Made by a program: the position numbers and the translations under genes | Shown here: positions 1 to 13,850 of the stretch, in pieces | How positions within the stretch are numbered: position 1 is the first letter of the stretch | How the letters are laid out: the number at the start of each line of letters is the position of its first letter | NCBI GenBank assembly: GCA_032718475.1 | Contig: JAUCBJ010009127.1 | Coordinates: forward strand, 1-64,000 | Source: Nemertoderma westbladi | Lineage: Eukaryota; Animalia; Xenacoelomorpha | Length of the DNA: 64,000 bases | Direction: 5' to 3' | The notes under the pieces: model-generated | What the model was told of the DNA's origin: nothing | Databases searched by the model: none | Seen by the model: the letters and a program-made list of their open reading frames with translations, nothing else

Positions 1-154
1 TACTATAAATTTAATTTAAATTTGTTGAAAATTACAAAACGTAAATTACGTAAATTGCAAAAATTATTACTATATATTAATTTATTGCATTAGTGGCCGA
101 GGATAATATTTAATTCGTAACGTTGTCCCAGCAATAAAATTCGTAGGCGCAGTC

Positions 155-612
155 AATAATTTGTACGTGTCGTGTAGTCGATGCAGTGGTTAAACTCATT
201 TCCACGATCAATAATTCGTACGCGGCATCGTCGCAGCGGTTAAACTCATGTCCACGATCAATAATTCGTATGCGGCGTCGTCGCAGTGGTTAAACTCATT
301 GCCACGATCAATAATTCAAACGCGGCGTTGTCGCAGCGGTTAAACTCATTGTCGCGGAGGATAGTTTGTACGCGGTGTCGTCGCAGCGGTTAAACTCATT
401 TTCAAGGAGGATAATTCGTACGCGGCATCGACGCAGCGGTTAAACTCATTTCCACGGAGGATAATTCATACGCGGCATCGATGCAGCGGTTAAACTCATT
501 GACACGGAGGATAATTCCTGAATTCGTACGCTGAGTTGACGCAGTGGTTAAACTCATTGCCATGCTCGATAATTCGTATGCAGAGTCGATGCACCAGTTA
601 AACTCATCGTCA
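155..612. repeat. Degenerate 50-bp minisatellite, about 9 copies
   Basis: TAAACTCAT recurs at 191, 241, 291, 341, 391, 441, 491, 549 and 599 (50-bp period with one 8-bp insertion). Unit is approximately ATAATTCGTACGCGGCATCGTCGCAGCGGTTAAACTCATTTCCACGGAGG. Confidence 0.9.
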
Positions 613-721
613 CAGCTATGAAACATCATCAGTGAGTTGGGGCATCATCCAGAGAATATTCCTAGCCTTCAAACTTCATCCCAAAGTGAAGCAAACTCGA
701 GTTATCGTCGTTCAAAGAATT

Positions 722-990
722 AGTCAATCAGGCGCCGTATCTGATGACCACAGTATGGGGGTGACTTGGGACCTCAACGCGAGATTCAGAACACCATCCA
801 AAACATATTCGCATAAAATCTTATCACTAATTGTCAAGGCCTAGGTAAGTTTTCAGCGTTTGAATATTTGAGCCAATCAGGTGCCAGATACAGTGACCAC
901 GGTACGCGCGTGACCTGAGACCCCAATGGAAGGTTCAGAGTACTGGCCAAAACATTTTCGCATCAAATTGTACCGTAAAATGTTACTGCA
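722..990. repeat. Diverged direct duplication, about 149-bp offset
   Basis: AGTCAATCAGGCGCC...GACCAC...GTGAC...TTCAGA...CCAAAACATATTCGCATAAAAT (from 722) aligns with AGCCAATCAGGTGCC...GACCAC...GTGAC...TTCAGA...CCAAAACATTTTCGCATCAAAT (from 871). Confidence 0.7.
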
Positions 991-1899
991 TATCAGCAAA
1001 GTCACCTACCGGTATTTGATCAGCAAAAGATCAGGTCTGACTGAGTGATTTGGGTCTGATCATATTTTCTTTTGCATGCATAAGAAGCCCTTCAATGGTC
1101 ACTATCCGCTACATTGTTCTAATCCATATCGTCAGATAGCCCGTGTTGCTGTTATAAGATTTATTTTGATTTGGTGCGATTTGGGTAATTTTAGTTTTTT
1201 TGGGGTAAACTATGGTATTAATAACTTCCAGTAAAATCCCAACGTTAAGAACATTGCTAGAAACGTCAATCATCTATAGCCTACAAACTAAGGCTAACTG
1301 TCAGCCAGTTACTGTACATGGGCAGATGGGTATACTAAGTACAGGAGTACTTGAATATTCCTGTATTGACAATACTCAACTATATGAAGATAGGGTACGT
1401 TTTGACTAAAATACGGCATCTGATGTAACGTTTTGACTAGGCAGCTAGGCCTATCTGCCAAAAGAACCTCCACTATATATACCATACATGTAGGCCTACC
1501 ATACCTGCACCGGTACCGCGGCGCTGTACTGCTGTCTGGCTGTACCGGATGTGGTTGTTCTAGGCAAGCAGTGCATACAGCTCGGACTGGCAGTACCGAT
1601 AGCAGACCCAGAGTACACCGGCACTGCAGACTATGATTAGCTACATACAGACAGAGCTAGGTAGTAGCTACCGGCAGACCGGCATAGGTCAGTAGTATGA
1701 ACACAGTTTTTTGAGCATACTACCAACTGCTGACTTTTGCTGAACCAGGCTGACGACTCAGCAGTTTAATTAATTGCAGCAGGATTGGATAAATTATTAA
1801 TTAATTTGGGAAACTTTACTAATTAGTAAAATCGTTAATTAGTTCGATTCAAAAGATTTTAGAATAATTATCATTTGTAAAATAGTAAACCGCTTTGAT

Positions 1900-2400
1900 A
1901 CACCTTGTGAATAAGGATTTGGGGGCGGGGGGGGACAAAGCCCCCCCGCCAATTAGGTAATTAAGTAATTAGTTAATTACTAATTAACGGTAGGAGATAC
2001 GGCATCGGCGCCAGAGACTTTTTTGTGTAGAATAAAATTCCGAACAACTTTGTGATGTTACGTTTTTTCATAGCTCTTAGTGTTTTCGAGTTACGACGCT
2101 AATTAGTTTTCGGCTAATTAGTACTAATTAACAGTAATAGGAGGGCCATAGCGATGACTGAACTTTTTTTAGATCTTACCGAGATGAACATAAAAAAACA
2201 CCGTTGCTAGGTGAAAAACCAAATACTTTTCGAGAAAAATCAATTAGAAATCTTTAATCGCTAATTACTAATTAATTAATTAACAGATTTTTTTCACAAA
2301 AACTCCTAGCTATCGCGCTAGGGCCATCTACCAGATCGCGCAAACAGAATCGTTCTAGCTATTGCCATTCTCCTGGAAAAATCCTTTAAAGATCCACCTA
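1900..2400. repeat. Possible non-autonomous transposon remnant
   Basis: TAATTACTAATTAAC-like motif recurs near 1975, 2115 and 2262, TTTTCGAG occurs twice, and a 10-bp GC stem lies at 1924-1950. No termini or TSD identified. Confidence 0.25.
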
Positions 2401-3699
2401 AAAAAAGATCAAAGCAAAATGCCTACTTGATAAGGAGTGATACTAGACCGTTAAATTATGAGGTTTGAAGTTGGTGTTGATGTTGGTTTCTATGTTCCGT
2501 TAAATAGGCTGCAGTATCTATACCTCATAATTCTCTGTCGAGCCTTGGGCTCTCCTGTTGCAGCCGAACCATCTAGCGATGTCAACATCAGAGATATCAG
2601 AGTCATCAGAGATAAGGGAAGGTAAATAAAGTATTTTTTATATACTGAACATAATATTATTAAAATAAAGTATATTATTGTTATCTACGCACATTGATAA
2701 CTTGACGTGATTATTTGAATTTCTATGCTTAGGAAAATTATTTACTTTATTTCACCATCATGTAAAGTACAGTAGTAGGGTATTATATTTCGTCTGCAAC
2801 TCTAGGACAAGACATGTTTGCAATGTGCCGGTAACTTGTTATGATAACGTTCAAAACGCGTTTCCATAATTATTGAATAGTGATGAAAAATGTCTACGTC
2901 GAGTGATGGAACAAGTTCTTTTGTCACCACACAGTGGGACCGCGATATTCTGGGATTATACGATGAAGTTAATGATATTTCGGATAGTTTTAGTGAAGTT
3001 AACATTAACAAATGGAAATCACATCAAATAAAACACGGACGACAGCCAAGAGGACATCAATGTAAAGATTTTTATGAAAAGTTGAATACGATATATGAAT
3101 TCTCCGGATTTGAATGTAAGTTTATATATGATAATTATTTAAAATAATATTTCATAGGTTGTGCTATTAACATGACAACATATCCACACACAAATATGTG
3201 TTAAAGGGCCCATTTCACGAATATACACCGCTGTTATATTTCACTTTGAAGTATACATGTGAATAAATATCGTGCCAATGTAACCCGCTCCTTTCACTAA
3301 TGATAATTTAATTTAATGGCAATTTAATTGAGACGGGATATTAATTCGCCGTGATGGGATTTGCGTCAAGTTTCCTGCCTGGAATCCGAAGAATCCGTCT
3401 GTTTCTGTGCCCTAATGTGCAATAATGACTTCGGATCTTAATTAACGTATCCAGGGTATAAGGAATTACCTCACCTGAGGCGGACATATGCAAAAGGAAG
3501 GAGGATTCTTAACTTTTCATATCATAAAGCAAAGCAGACAATCAATATGCATCCTGGCGGGGGCCACCTTATAGGCCTAAACAAAATTGTATGAGCTAAT
3601 CAATATATCAATCAAAATAGTTAATTATGTAATTTTGACAAAATAGGGGAAGAGAACCATTAGCTGCTAACAGTTAATCACCAAGCATCTGAGGAGGGA

Positions 3700-3716
3700 G
3701 GGGGGGGGGGGGGGGG
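3700..3716 (+). repeat. G17 homopolymer (G-quadruplex-capable)
   Basis: Run of 17 G preceded by GAGGAGGGA. Confidence 0.85.
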
Positions 3717-3951
3717 ACAGACAGATACAGTTGATGGATTTTAGGGGGCGATTTAGCTATCGTCGCCAGCTTTAGCGCTGGACACACATTAACCAAACCC
3801 AAAAATTGTTTTATTTTAATATAATTTAAAATACAAATAATTTCAATTAATTAGTCAGCTGCGTTATTTTGGTGTGCAAAAATATGGCTAGAATTGCCAT
3901 CTGTTTAGAAGTCAGTACAATACATGTGAATAAATATCAGGTTTTTAGGTA

Positions 3952-4522
3952 CTTTTGCAGTTTCCGCCCCATATTTAAAATTTTTTTTTTACAATTTATT
4001 TTTGATTTACATTATGGTAAATATCATCTCGACACCATTTCAACATATTACAATAAAAAATTTTGTTCTTGAACAGTAGCTATTTTGGTAGCAAGGGAAT
4101 TTTTCAAAATTTTGATTTTTTACAAAATAATAAAATAATTAAGGAAGAAATAATCCATCGGCATCAAATCAACATTTTAAACAACAAAATATTAAATTCT
4201 GGAACACTGTCACTTGTGGTAGCTATAGTAAAAATATAATAAATAAATATAATCATATAAATAAAAAAATATTTAGCTAGTGTTCTCGAACCAAAATAAT
4301 AATATTATATAGATATTAATACTTTGTCTGTCTTTGGAACAATTACACATAAAAAAAAATTGAAAAAAATTTATTTTGACATAGCTATTATTTAGCTAGT
4401 GTTCTAGAACAAAAATATATATTTGTAAAATATTTAGACTATGTCTAGGGAACATTTGCACATGAAAACGATGAAAAAACTGAAGAATTTTTTTTTTTAA
4501 TATGGGGCGGAAACTGCAAAAG
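3952..4522. mobile_element. MITE-like element with long imperfect inverted repeats
   Basis: Perfect 24-bp inverted repeat CTTTTGCAGTTTCCGCCCCATATT (3952-3975) / AATATGGGGCGGAAACTGCAAAAG (4499-4522). A second symmetric match, 4061-4082 vs 4393-4414, is 20/22. The interior is AT-rich and non-coding. No TSD seen, so true ends may lie further out. Confidence 0.7.
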
Positions 4523-7500
4523 ATTTCCGAGTTACAGAAGAGCTAATTCAACCAAAATTATAAACTAATTTAGTAGGCCTAAAATTAGGCTTCCCATTAA
4601 ACACAAAATAAGGATACATTTTTAAAAAGTACAAAATTCTTCATATATATAATATTTTCAATTAAATTCCAACCGAAAAGTGTCTTCAAATGTGGGCGGA
4701 TGAAAAGAGTGACTTTGTTGTATATACCAATTAAGAGAGAAGAACAGGTACATTATAATTGACCACCATTCGTTAAAACTAAATTGTTGTGGGGCTAGCA
4801 ACCGTCGAACCAGCAACCTTGGAGTGCATACAATATTACACGCAGTCCATCAACTCGACTTTCGTACAACTTTGGGCACTCATCTCTCACGGAAATAAAT
4901 GAGGTCTATCTACCAAAGCTGAGGTTCAATTCTACAATATAACACTGAATAATATTGAGATTATCGAAAAGTACCATAATGCTTCTGTCTGGATGTCGGT
5001 CTTAATCTCAATAGAAAGTTAGGTTAATCCATTGTTAGCTTGCGGACGTCGTACAAGGACGTCATTGCGTTAGGATTACCTGTAATCGTTCAACTAATAT
5101 GCCTAGTAAATGCATTATAATACCTGTATTTATTATTGGTTGGAAATGAGTGAAAAACGTAGGTTTCTACAGTTCTGGTTGACTTACAGTAGGTCTACCT
5201 TGTGATATTTAATGAAATAAATAGACAGTACAGGTATCTACTAATGGCATACCATAGAGTTCAATGAACTCCCTTTAACACTTTCCCTATTGCATTATTT
5301 TACATTAACCTCTTCTTAATAATATTTTTTTAATTGTTGTGTATTCCCCTATTCATGTACACGTCATTTTAGACTCAGTTGTGGTTCACTCCCGCACCCT
5401 TGCACACTTCATCATCCACTCAGTTGTGGTTCATTCACGCTCCCTTGCACACTTCATCTTCCACTCAGTTGTGGTTCATTCTCGCACCCTTGCACTCTTC
5501 ATCTTCCACTCAGTTGTGGTTCATTCACGCACCCTTGTACTCTTCATCTTCCACTCAGTTGTGGTTCATTCACGCACCCTTGTACTCTTCATCTTCCACT
5601 CAGTTGCGGTTCATTCCCGCACCCTTGTACTCTTCATCTTCCACTCAGTTGTGGTTCATTCACGCACCCTTGTACTCTTCATCTTCCACTCAGTTGTGGT
5701 TCATTCCCGCACCCTTGTACTCTTCATCTTCCACTCAGTTGTGGTTCATTTACGCACCCTTGTACTCTTCATCTTCCACTCAGTTGCGGTTCATTCCCGC
5801 ACCCTTGTACTCTTCATCTTCCACTCAGTTGCGGTTCATTCCCGCACCCTTGTACTCTTCATCTTCCACTCAGTTGTGGTTCATTCCCGCACCCTTGTAC
5901 TCTTCATCTTCCACTCAGTTGTGGTTCATTCCCGCACCCTTGTACTCTTCATCTTCCACTCCGTTGTGGTTAATTCCCGCACCCTTGTACTCTTCATCTT
6001 CCACTCAGTTGTGGTTCATTCACGCACCCTTGTACTCTTCATCTTCCACTCAGTTGTGGTTCATTCCCGCACCCTTGTACTCTTCATCTTCCACTCAGTT
6101 GCGGTTCATTCCCGCACCCTTGTACTCTTCATCTTCCACTCAGTTGTGGTTAATTCCCGCACCCTTGTACTCTTCATCTTCCACTCAGTTGTGGTTAATT
6201 CCCGCACTCTTGCAGTCTTCATCTTCCACTCAGTTGTGGTTCATTCCCGCACCCTTGTACTCTTCATCTTCCACTCAGTTGCGGTTCATTCCCGCACCCT
6301 TGCACTCTTCATCTTCGACTCAGTTGTGGTTCATTCACGCACCCTTGTACTCTTCATCTTCCACTCAGTTGCGGTTCATTCCCGCACCCTTGTACTCTTC
6401 ATCTTCCACTCAGTTGTGGTTCATTCCCGCACCCTTGTACTCTTCATCTTCCACTCAGTTGTGGTTCATTCCCGCACCCTTGTACTCTTCATCTTCCACT
6501 CAGTTGTGATTCATTCCCGCACCCTTGTACTCTTCATCTTCCACTCAGTTGTGATTCATTCCCGCACCCTTGCACTCTTCATCTTCCACTCAGTTGTGGT
6601 TCATTCACGCACCCTTGTACTCTTCATCTTCCACTCAGTTGTGGTTCATTCACGCTCCCTTACACTCTTCATCTTCCACTCAGTTGTGGTTCATTCACGC
6701 ACCCTTGTACTCTTCATCTTCCACTCAGTTGTGGTTCATTCACGCTCCCTTACACTCTTCATCTTCCACTCAGTTGTGGTTCATTCACGCACCCTAGTAC
6801 TCTTCATCTTCCACTCAGTTGTGGTTAATTCCCACACCCTTGTACTCTTCATCTTCCACTCAGTTGCGGTTCATTCAGGCACCCTTGCACTTTTCATCTT
6901 CCACTCAGTTGCGGTTCATTCCCGCACCCTTGCACTTTTCATCTTCCACTCAGTTGTGGTTAATTCCCGCACTCTTGCACTCTTTATCTTCCACTCAGTT
7001 GTGATTCATTCCCGCACCCTAGCACTCTTCATCTTCCACTCAGTTGTGGTTCATTCCCGCACCCTTGCACTCTTCATCTTCCACTCAGTTGTGATTCATT
7101 CCCGCACCCTAGTACTCTTCATCTTCCACTCAGTTGTGGTTAATTCCCACACCCTTGTACTCTTCATCTTCCACTCAGTTGTGGTTCATTCCCGCACCCT
7201 TGCACTCTTCATCTTCCACTCAGTTGTGGTTCATTCCCGCACCCTAGTACTCTTCATCTTCCACTCAGTTGTGGTTCATTCCCGCACCCTTGTACTCTTC
7301 ATCTTCCACTCAGTTGTGGTTCATTCCCGCACCCTTGCACTCTTCATCTTCCACTCAGTTGTGGTTCATTCTCGCTCCCTTGTACTCTTCATCTTCCACT
7401 CAGTTGTGGTTCATTGCCGCACCCTAGTACTCTTCATCTTCCACTCAGTTGTGGTTCATTCCCGCACCCTTGCACTCTTCATCTTCCACTCAGTTGTGGT

Positions 7501-7859
7501 TCATTCCCGCACCCTTGCACTCTTCATCTTCCACTCAGTTGTGGTTCATTCCCGCTCCCTTGTACTCTTCATCTTCCACTCAGTTGTGGTTCATTCCCGC
7601 ACCCTAGTACTCTTCATCTTCCACTCAGTTGTGGTTCATTCCCGCACCCTTGCACTCTTCATCTTCCACTCAGTTGTGGTTCATTCCCGCACCCTAGTAC
7701 TCTTCATCTTCCACTCAGTTGTGGTTCATTCCCGCACCCTTGCACTCTTCATCTTCCACTCAGTTGTGGTTCATTCCCGCACCCTTGCACTCTTCATCTT
7801 CCACTCAGTTGTGGTTTATTCCCGCACCCTTGCACTCTTCATCTTCCACTCAGTTGTGG

Positions 7860-10000
7860 TTCACTCCCGCACCCTGCACTCTTCATCTTCCACTCAGTTG
7901 TGGTTCATTCCCGCACCCTAGTACTCTTCATCTTCCACTCAGTTGTGGTTCACTCCCGCACCCTGCACTCTTCATCTTCCACTCAGTTGTGGTTCATTCC
8001 CGCACCCTAGTACTCTTCATCTTCCACTCAGTTGTGGTTCATTCCCGCACCCTTGCACTCTTCATCTTCCACTCAGTTGTGGTTTATTCCCGCACCCTTG
8101 CACTCTTCATCTTCCACTCAGTTGTGGTTCATTCCCGCACCCTTGCACTCTTCATCTTCCACTCAGTTGTGGTTTATTCCCGCACCCTTGCACTCTTCAT
8201 CTTCCACTCAGTTGTGGTTCATTCCCGCACCCTAGTACTCTTCATCTTCCACTCAGTTGTGGTTCATTCCCGCACCCTAGTACTCTTCATCTTCCACTCA
8301 GTTGTGGTTCATTCCCGCACCCTAGTACTCTTCATCTTCCACTCAGTTGTGGTTCATTCCCGCACCCTAGTACTCTTCATCTTCCACTCAGTTGTGGTTC
8401 ATTCCCGCACCCTAGTACTCTTCATCTTCCACTCAGTTGTGGTTTATTCCCGCACCCTTGCACTCTTCATCTTCCACTCAGTTGTGGTTCACTCCCGCAC
8501 CCTGCACTCTTCATCTTCCACTCAGTTGTGGTTCATTCCCGCACCCTAGTACTCTTCATCTTCCACTCAGTTGTGGTTCACTCCCGCACCCTGCACTCTT
8601 CATCTTCCACTCAGTTGTGGTTCATTCCCGCACCCTAGTACTCTTCATCTTCCACTCAGTTGTGGTTCACTCCCGCACCCTGCACTCTTCATCTTCCACT
8701 CAGTTGTGGTTCATTCCCGCACCCTAGTACTCTTCATCTTCCACTCAGTTGTGGTTCACTCCCGCACCCTGCACTCTTCATCTTCCACTCAGTTGTGGTT
8801 CATTCCCGCACCCTAGTACTCTTCATCTTCCACTCAGTTGTGGTTCACTCCCGCACCCTGCACTCTTCATCTTCCACTCAGTTGTGGTTTATTCCCGCAC
8901 CCTAGTACTCTTCATCTTCCACTCAGTTGTGGTTCATTCCCGCACCCTAGTACTCTTCATCTTCCACTCAGTTGTGGTTCATTCCCGCACCCTAGTACTC
9001 TTCATCTTCCACTCAGTTGTGGTTCATTCCCGCACCCTTGCATTCTTCATCTTCCACTCAGTTGTGGTTTATTCCCGCACCCTAGTACTCTTCATCTTCC
9101 ACTCAGTTGTGGTTCATTCCCGCACCCTAGTACTCTTCATCTTCCACTCAGTTGTGGTTCATTCCCGCACCCTAGTACTCTTCATCTTCCACTCAGTTGT
9201 GGTTCATTCCCGCACCCTTGCATTCTTCATCTTCCACTCAGTTGTGGTTCATTCCCGCACCCTAGTACTCTTCATCTTCCACTCAGTTGTGGTTCATTCC
9301 CGCACCCTTGCACTCTTCATCTTCCACTCAGTTGTGGTTCACTCCCGCACCCTGCACTCTTCATCTTCCACTCAGTTGTGGTTCATTCCCGCACCCTGCA
9401 CTCTTCATCTTCCACTCAGTTGTGGTTCATTCCCGCACCCTAGTACTCTTCATCTTCCACTCAGTTGTGGTTCACTCCCGCACCCTGCACTCTTCATCTT
9501 CCACTCAGTTGTGGTTCATTCCCGCACCCTAGTACTCTTCATCTTCCACTCAGTTGTGGTTCACTCCCGCACCCTGCACTCTTCATCTTCCACTCAGTTG
9601 TGGTTCATTCCCGCACCCTAGTACTCTTCATCTTCCACTCAGTTGTGGTTCACTCCCGCACCCTGCACTCTTCATCTTCCACTCAGTTGTGGTTTATTCC
9701 CGCACCCTAGTACTCTTCATCTTCCACTCAGTTGTGGTTCATTCCCGCACCCTAGTACTCTTCATCTTCCACTCAGTTGTGGTTCATTCCCGCACCCTTG
9801 CACTCTTCATCTTCCACTCAGTTGTGGTTTATTCCCGCACCATAGTACTCTTCATCTTCCACTCAGTTGTGGTTCACTCCCGCACCCTGCACTCTTCATC
9901 TTCCACTCAGTTGTGGTTCATTCCCGCACCCTAGTACTCTTCATCTTCCACTCAGTTGTGGTTCACTCCCGCACCCTGCACTCTTCATCTTCCACTCAGT
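7860..10000. repeat. Satellite subdomain rich in an 89-bp (44+45) dimer
   Basis: Alternation of CACTCCCGCACCCTGCA (1-bp-deleted) and CCCTAGTA monomers. ORF-track entries recur every 89 bp (8571, 8660, 8749, 8838; 9465, 9554, 9643). Confidence 0.9.
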
Positions 10001-11520
10001 TGTGGTTCATTCCCGCACCCTTGCATTCTTCATCTTCCACTCAGTTGTGGTTCATTCCCGCACCCTAGTACTCTTCATCTTCCACTCAGTTGTGGTTCAT
10101 TCCCGCACCCTTGCACTCTTCATCTTCCACTCAGTTGTGGTTTATTCCCGCACCCTTGTACTCTTCATCTTCCACTCAGTTGCGGTTCATTCAGGCACCC
10201 TTGCACTTTTCATCTTCCACTCAGTTGTGGTTCATTCTCACAGCCTTGTACTCTTCATCTTCCACTCAGTTGTGGTTCATTCACGCACCCTTGCACTCTT
10301 CATCTTCCACTCAGTTGTGGTTCATTCTCGCTCCCTTGCACTCTTCATCTTCCACTCAGTTGTGGTTCATTCCCGCACCCTTGTACTCTTCATCTTCCAC
10401 TCAGTTGTGGTTCATTCCCGCACCCTTGCACTCTTCATCTTCCACTCAGTTGTGGTTCATTCCCGCACCCTTGCACTCTTCATCTTCCACTCAGTTGTGG
10501 TTCATTCCCGCAACCTTGTACTCTCCATCTTCCACTCAGTTGTGGTTCATTCCCGCACCCTTGTACTCTTCATCTTCCACTCAGTTGTGGTTCATTCACG
10601 CACCCTTGTACTCTTCATCATCCACTCAGTTGTGGTTCATTCACGCACCCTTGTACTCTTCATCTTCCACTCAGTTGTGGTTCATTCACGCTCCCTTACA
10701 CTCTTCATCTCCCACTCAGTTGTGGTTCATTCACGCACCCTTGTACTCTTCATCTTCCACTCAGTTTTGGTTCATTCCCGCACCCTTGTACTCTTCATCT
10801 TCCACTCAGTTGTGGTTCATTCCCACAACCTTGCACGTTTCGTGGTTCATTCCCACACCCTTGTACTCTTCATTTTCCACTCAGTTGTGGTTCATTCACG
10901 CACCCTTGTACTCTTCATCATCCACTCAGTTGTGGTTCATTCACGCACCCTTGTACTCTTCATCTTCCACTCAGTTGTGGTTCATTCACGCTCCCTTACA
11001 CTCTTCATCTCCCACTCAGTTGTGGTTCATTCACGCACCCTTGTACTCTTCATCTTCCACTCAGTTGTGGTTCATTCCCACAACCTTGCACGTTTCGTGG
11101 TTCATTCCCACACCCTTGCAATCTTCGTCTTCCACTCAGTTATGGTTCATTCCCGCTCCCTTGCATTCTTCCTCTTCCACTCAGTTGTGGTTCATTCCCA
11201 CAACCTTGCACGTTTCGTGGTTCATTCTCGCTCCCTTGCACTCTTCATCTATCTTCCACTCAGTTGCGGTTCATTCACGCACCCTTGTACTCTTCATCTT
11301 CCACTCAGTTGCGGTTCATTCTCGCTCCCTTGTACTCTTCATCATCCACTCAGTTGTGGTTCATTCCCACAACCTTGCACTTTTCGTGTTTCAATCCCAC
11401 AGCCTTGCACTCTCCATCTTCCACTCAGTTGTGGTTCATTCACGCACCCTTGTACTCTCCATCTTCCACTCAGTTGTGGTTCATTCCCGCAACCTTGTAC
11501 TCTCCATCTTCCACTCAGTT

Positions 11521-12200
11521 GTGGTTCATTCCCACAACCTTGCACTTTTCGTGTTTCAATCCCACAGCCTTGCACTCTTCATCTTCCACTCAGTTGTGGT
11601 TCATTCCCGCACCCTTGTACTCTTCATCATCCACTCAGTTGTGGTTCATTCCCACAACCTTGCACTTTTCGTGTTTCAATCCCACAGCCTTGCACTCTTC
11701 ATCTTCCACTCAGTTGTGGTTCATTCCCGCACCCTTGTACTCTTCATCATCCACTCAGTTGTGGTTCATTCCCACAACCTTGCACTTTTCGTGTTTCAAT
11801 CCCACAGCCTTGCACTCTTCATCTTCCACTCAGTTGTGGTTCATTCCCGCACCCTTGTACTCTTCATCATCCACTCAGTTGTGGTTCATTCCCACAACCT
11901 TGCACTTTTCGTGTTTCAATCCCACAGCCTTGCACTCTTCATCTTCCACTCAGTTGTGGTTCATTCCCGCACCCTTGTACTCTTCATCATCCACTCAGTT
12001 GTGGTTCATTCCCACAACCTTGCACTTTTCGTGTTTCAATCCCACAGCCTTGCACTCTTCATCTTCCACTCAGTTGTGGTTCATTCCCGCACCCTTGTAC
12101 TCTTCATCATCCACTCAGTTGTGGTTCATTCCCACAACCTTGCACTTTTCGTGTTTCAATCCCACAGCCTTGCACTCTTCATCTTCCACTCAGTTGTGGT
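11521..12200. repeat. 120-bp higher-order repeat (45+45+30), about 5.5 near-identical copies
   Basis: Lines starting 11521, 11641, 11761, 11881, 12001 and 12121 are identical and include the 30-bp monomer CACTTTTCGTGTTTCAATCCCACAGCC. Confidence 0.95.
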
Positions 12201-13850
12201 TCATTCACGCACCCTTGCACTCTTCATCTTCCACTCAGTTGTGGTTCATTCCCACAACCTTGCACTTTTCGTGTTTCAATCCCACAGCCTTGCACTCTCC
12301 ATCTTCCACTCAGTTGTGGTTCATTCACGCACCCTTGTACTCTCCATCTTCCACTCAGTTGTGGTTCATTCCCGCAACCTTGTACTCTCCATCTTCCACT
12401 CAGTTGTGGTTAATTCCCGCACCCTTGCACTCTTCATCATCCACTCAGTTGTGGTTCATTCACGCACCCTTGTACTCTTCATCTTCCACTCAGTTGTGGT
12501 TCATTCCCACAACCTTGCACTTTTCGTGTTTCAATCCCACAGCCTTGCACTCTCCATCTTCCACTCAGTTGTGGTTCATTCCCGCACCCTTGCACTCTTC
12601 ATCTTCCACTCAGTTGTGGTTCATTCTCGCTCCCTTGCACTCTTCATCTTCCACCAAGTTGTGGTTCATTCACGCACCCTTGTACTCTTCATCTTCCACT
12701 CAGTTGTGGTTCATTCCCGCACCCTTGTACTCTTCATCTTCCACTCAGTTGTGGTTAATTCCCGCACCCTTGCACTCTTCATCTTCCACTCAGTTGTGGT
12801 TCATTCTAACACCCTTGCACTCTTCATCATCCACTCAGTTGTGGTTCATTCACGCACCCTTGTACTCTTCATCTTCCACTCAGTTGTGGTTCATTCCTGC
12901 CACCTTGCACTCTTCATCTTCCACTCAGTTGTGGTTCATTCCCGCAACCTTGTACTCTCCATCTTCCACTCAGTTGTGGTTCATTCACGCTTCCTTGCAC
13001 TCTTCGTGGTTCATTCCCGCTCCCTTGCACTCTTTATCTTCCACTCAGTCGTGGTTCATTCCCGCTCCCTTGCACTCTTTATCTTCCACTCAGTTGTGGT
13101 TCATTCACGCACCCTTGCACGTTTCGTGGTTCATTCCCGCTCCCTTGCACTCTTCATCTTCCACTCAGTTGTGGTTCATTCACGCTCCCTTGCACTCTTC
13201 ATCTTCCACTCAGTTGTGGTTCATTCCCACAACCTTGCACTTTTCGTGTTTCAATCCCACAGCCTTGCACTCTTCATCTTCCACTCAGTTGTGGTTCATT
13301 CCCACAACCTTGCACTCTCCATCTTCCACTCAGTTGTGGTTCATTCACGCACCCTTGTACTCTTCATCTTCCACTCAGTTGTGGTTCATTCCCACAACCT
13401 TGCACTTTTCGTGTTTCAATCCCACAGCCTTGCACTCTTCATCTTCCACTCAGTTGTGGTTCATTCCCAAGACCTTGCACGTTTCGTGGTTCATTCCCGC
13501 TCCCTTGCACTCTTCATCTTCCACTCAGTTGTGGTTCATTCACGCACCCTTGTACTCTTCATCTTCCACTCAGTTGTGGTTCATTCACGCACCCTTGCAG
13601 TCTTCATCTTCCACTCAGTTGTGGTTCATTCCCACAACCTTGCACTTTTCGTGTTTCAATCCCACAGCCTTGTACTCTCCATCTTCCACTCAGTTGTGGT
13701 TCATTCACGCACCCTTGTACTCTTCATCTTCCACTCAGTTGTGGTTCATTCCCACAACCTTGCACATTTCGTGGTTCATTCCCGCTCCCTTGCACTCTTC
13801 ATCTTCCACTCAGTTGTGGTTCATTCACGCACCCTTGTACTCTTCATCTT

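Larger units (their letters stand above)
5373..13850. repeat. 45-bp satellite array, left arm
   Basis: Continuous tandem copies of CTCAGTTGTGGTTCATTCCCGCACCCTTG(C/T)ACTCTTCATCTTCCA with 44- and 30-bp variants. A degenerate partial monomer precedes it from about 5357. Confidence 0.99.

Noticed and set aside
973-1743. Weak inverted match TCAGCAAAGTCA / TGACTTTTGCTGA
   Set aside because: Only about 12 bp with an indel and no TSD; insufficient to call an element.
2890-3203. 85-aa ORF with a possible 42-nt GT-AG intron (3116-3157)
   Set aside because: The spliced product ends after about 15 more codons and has no recognisable motif. Not supportable without RNA data.
7414-12413. Cys/His-rich frame resembling C2H2 zinc fingers
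   Set aside because: The 15-aa period and ligand spacing do not fit the 28-aa C2H2 pattern.
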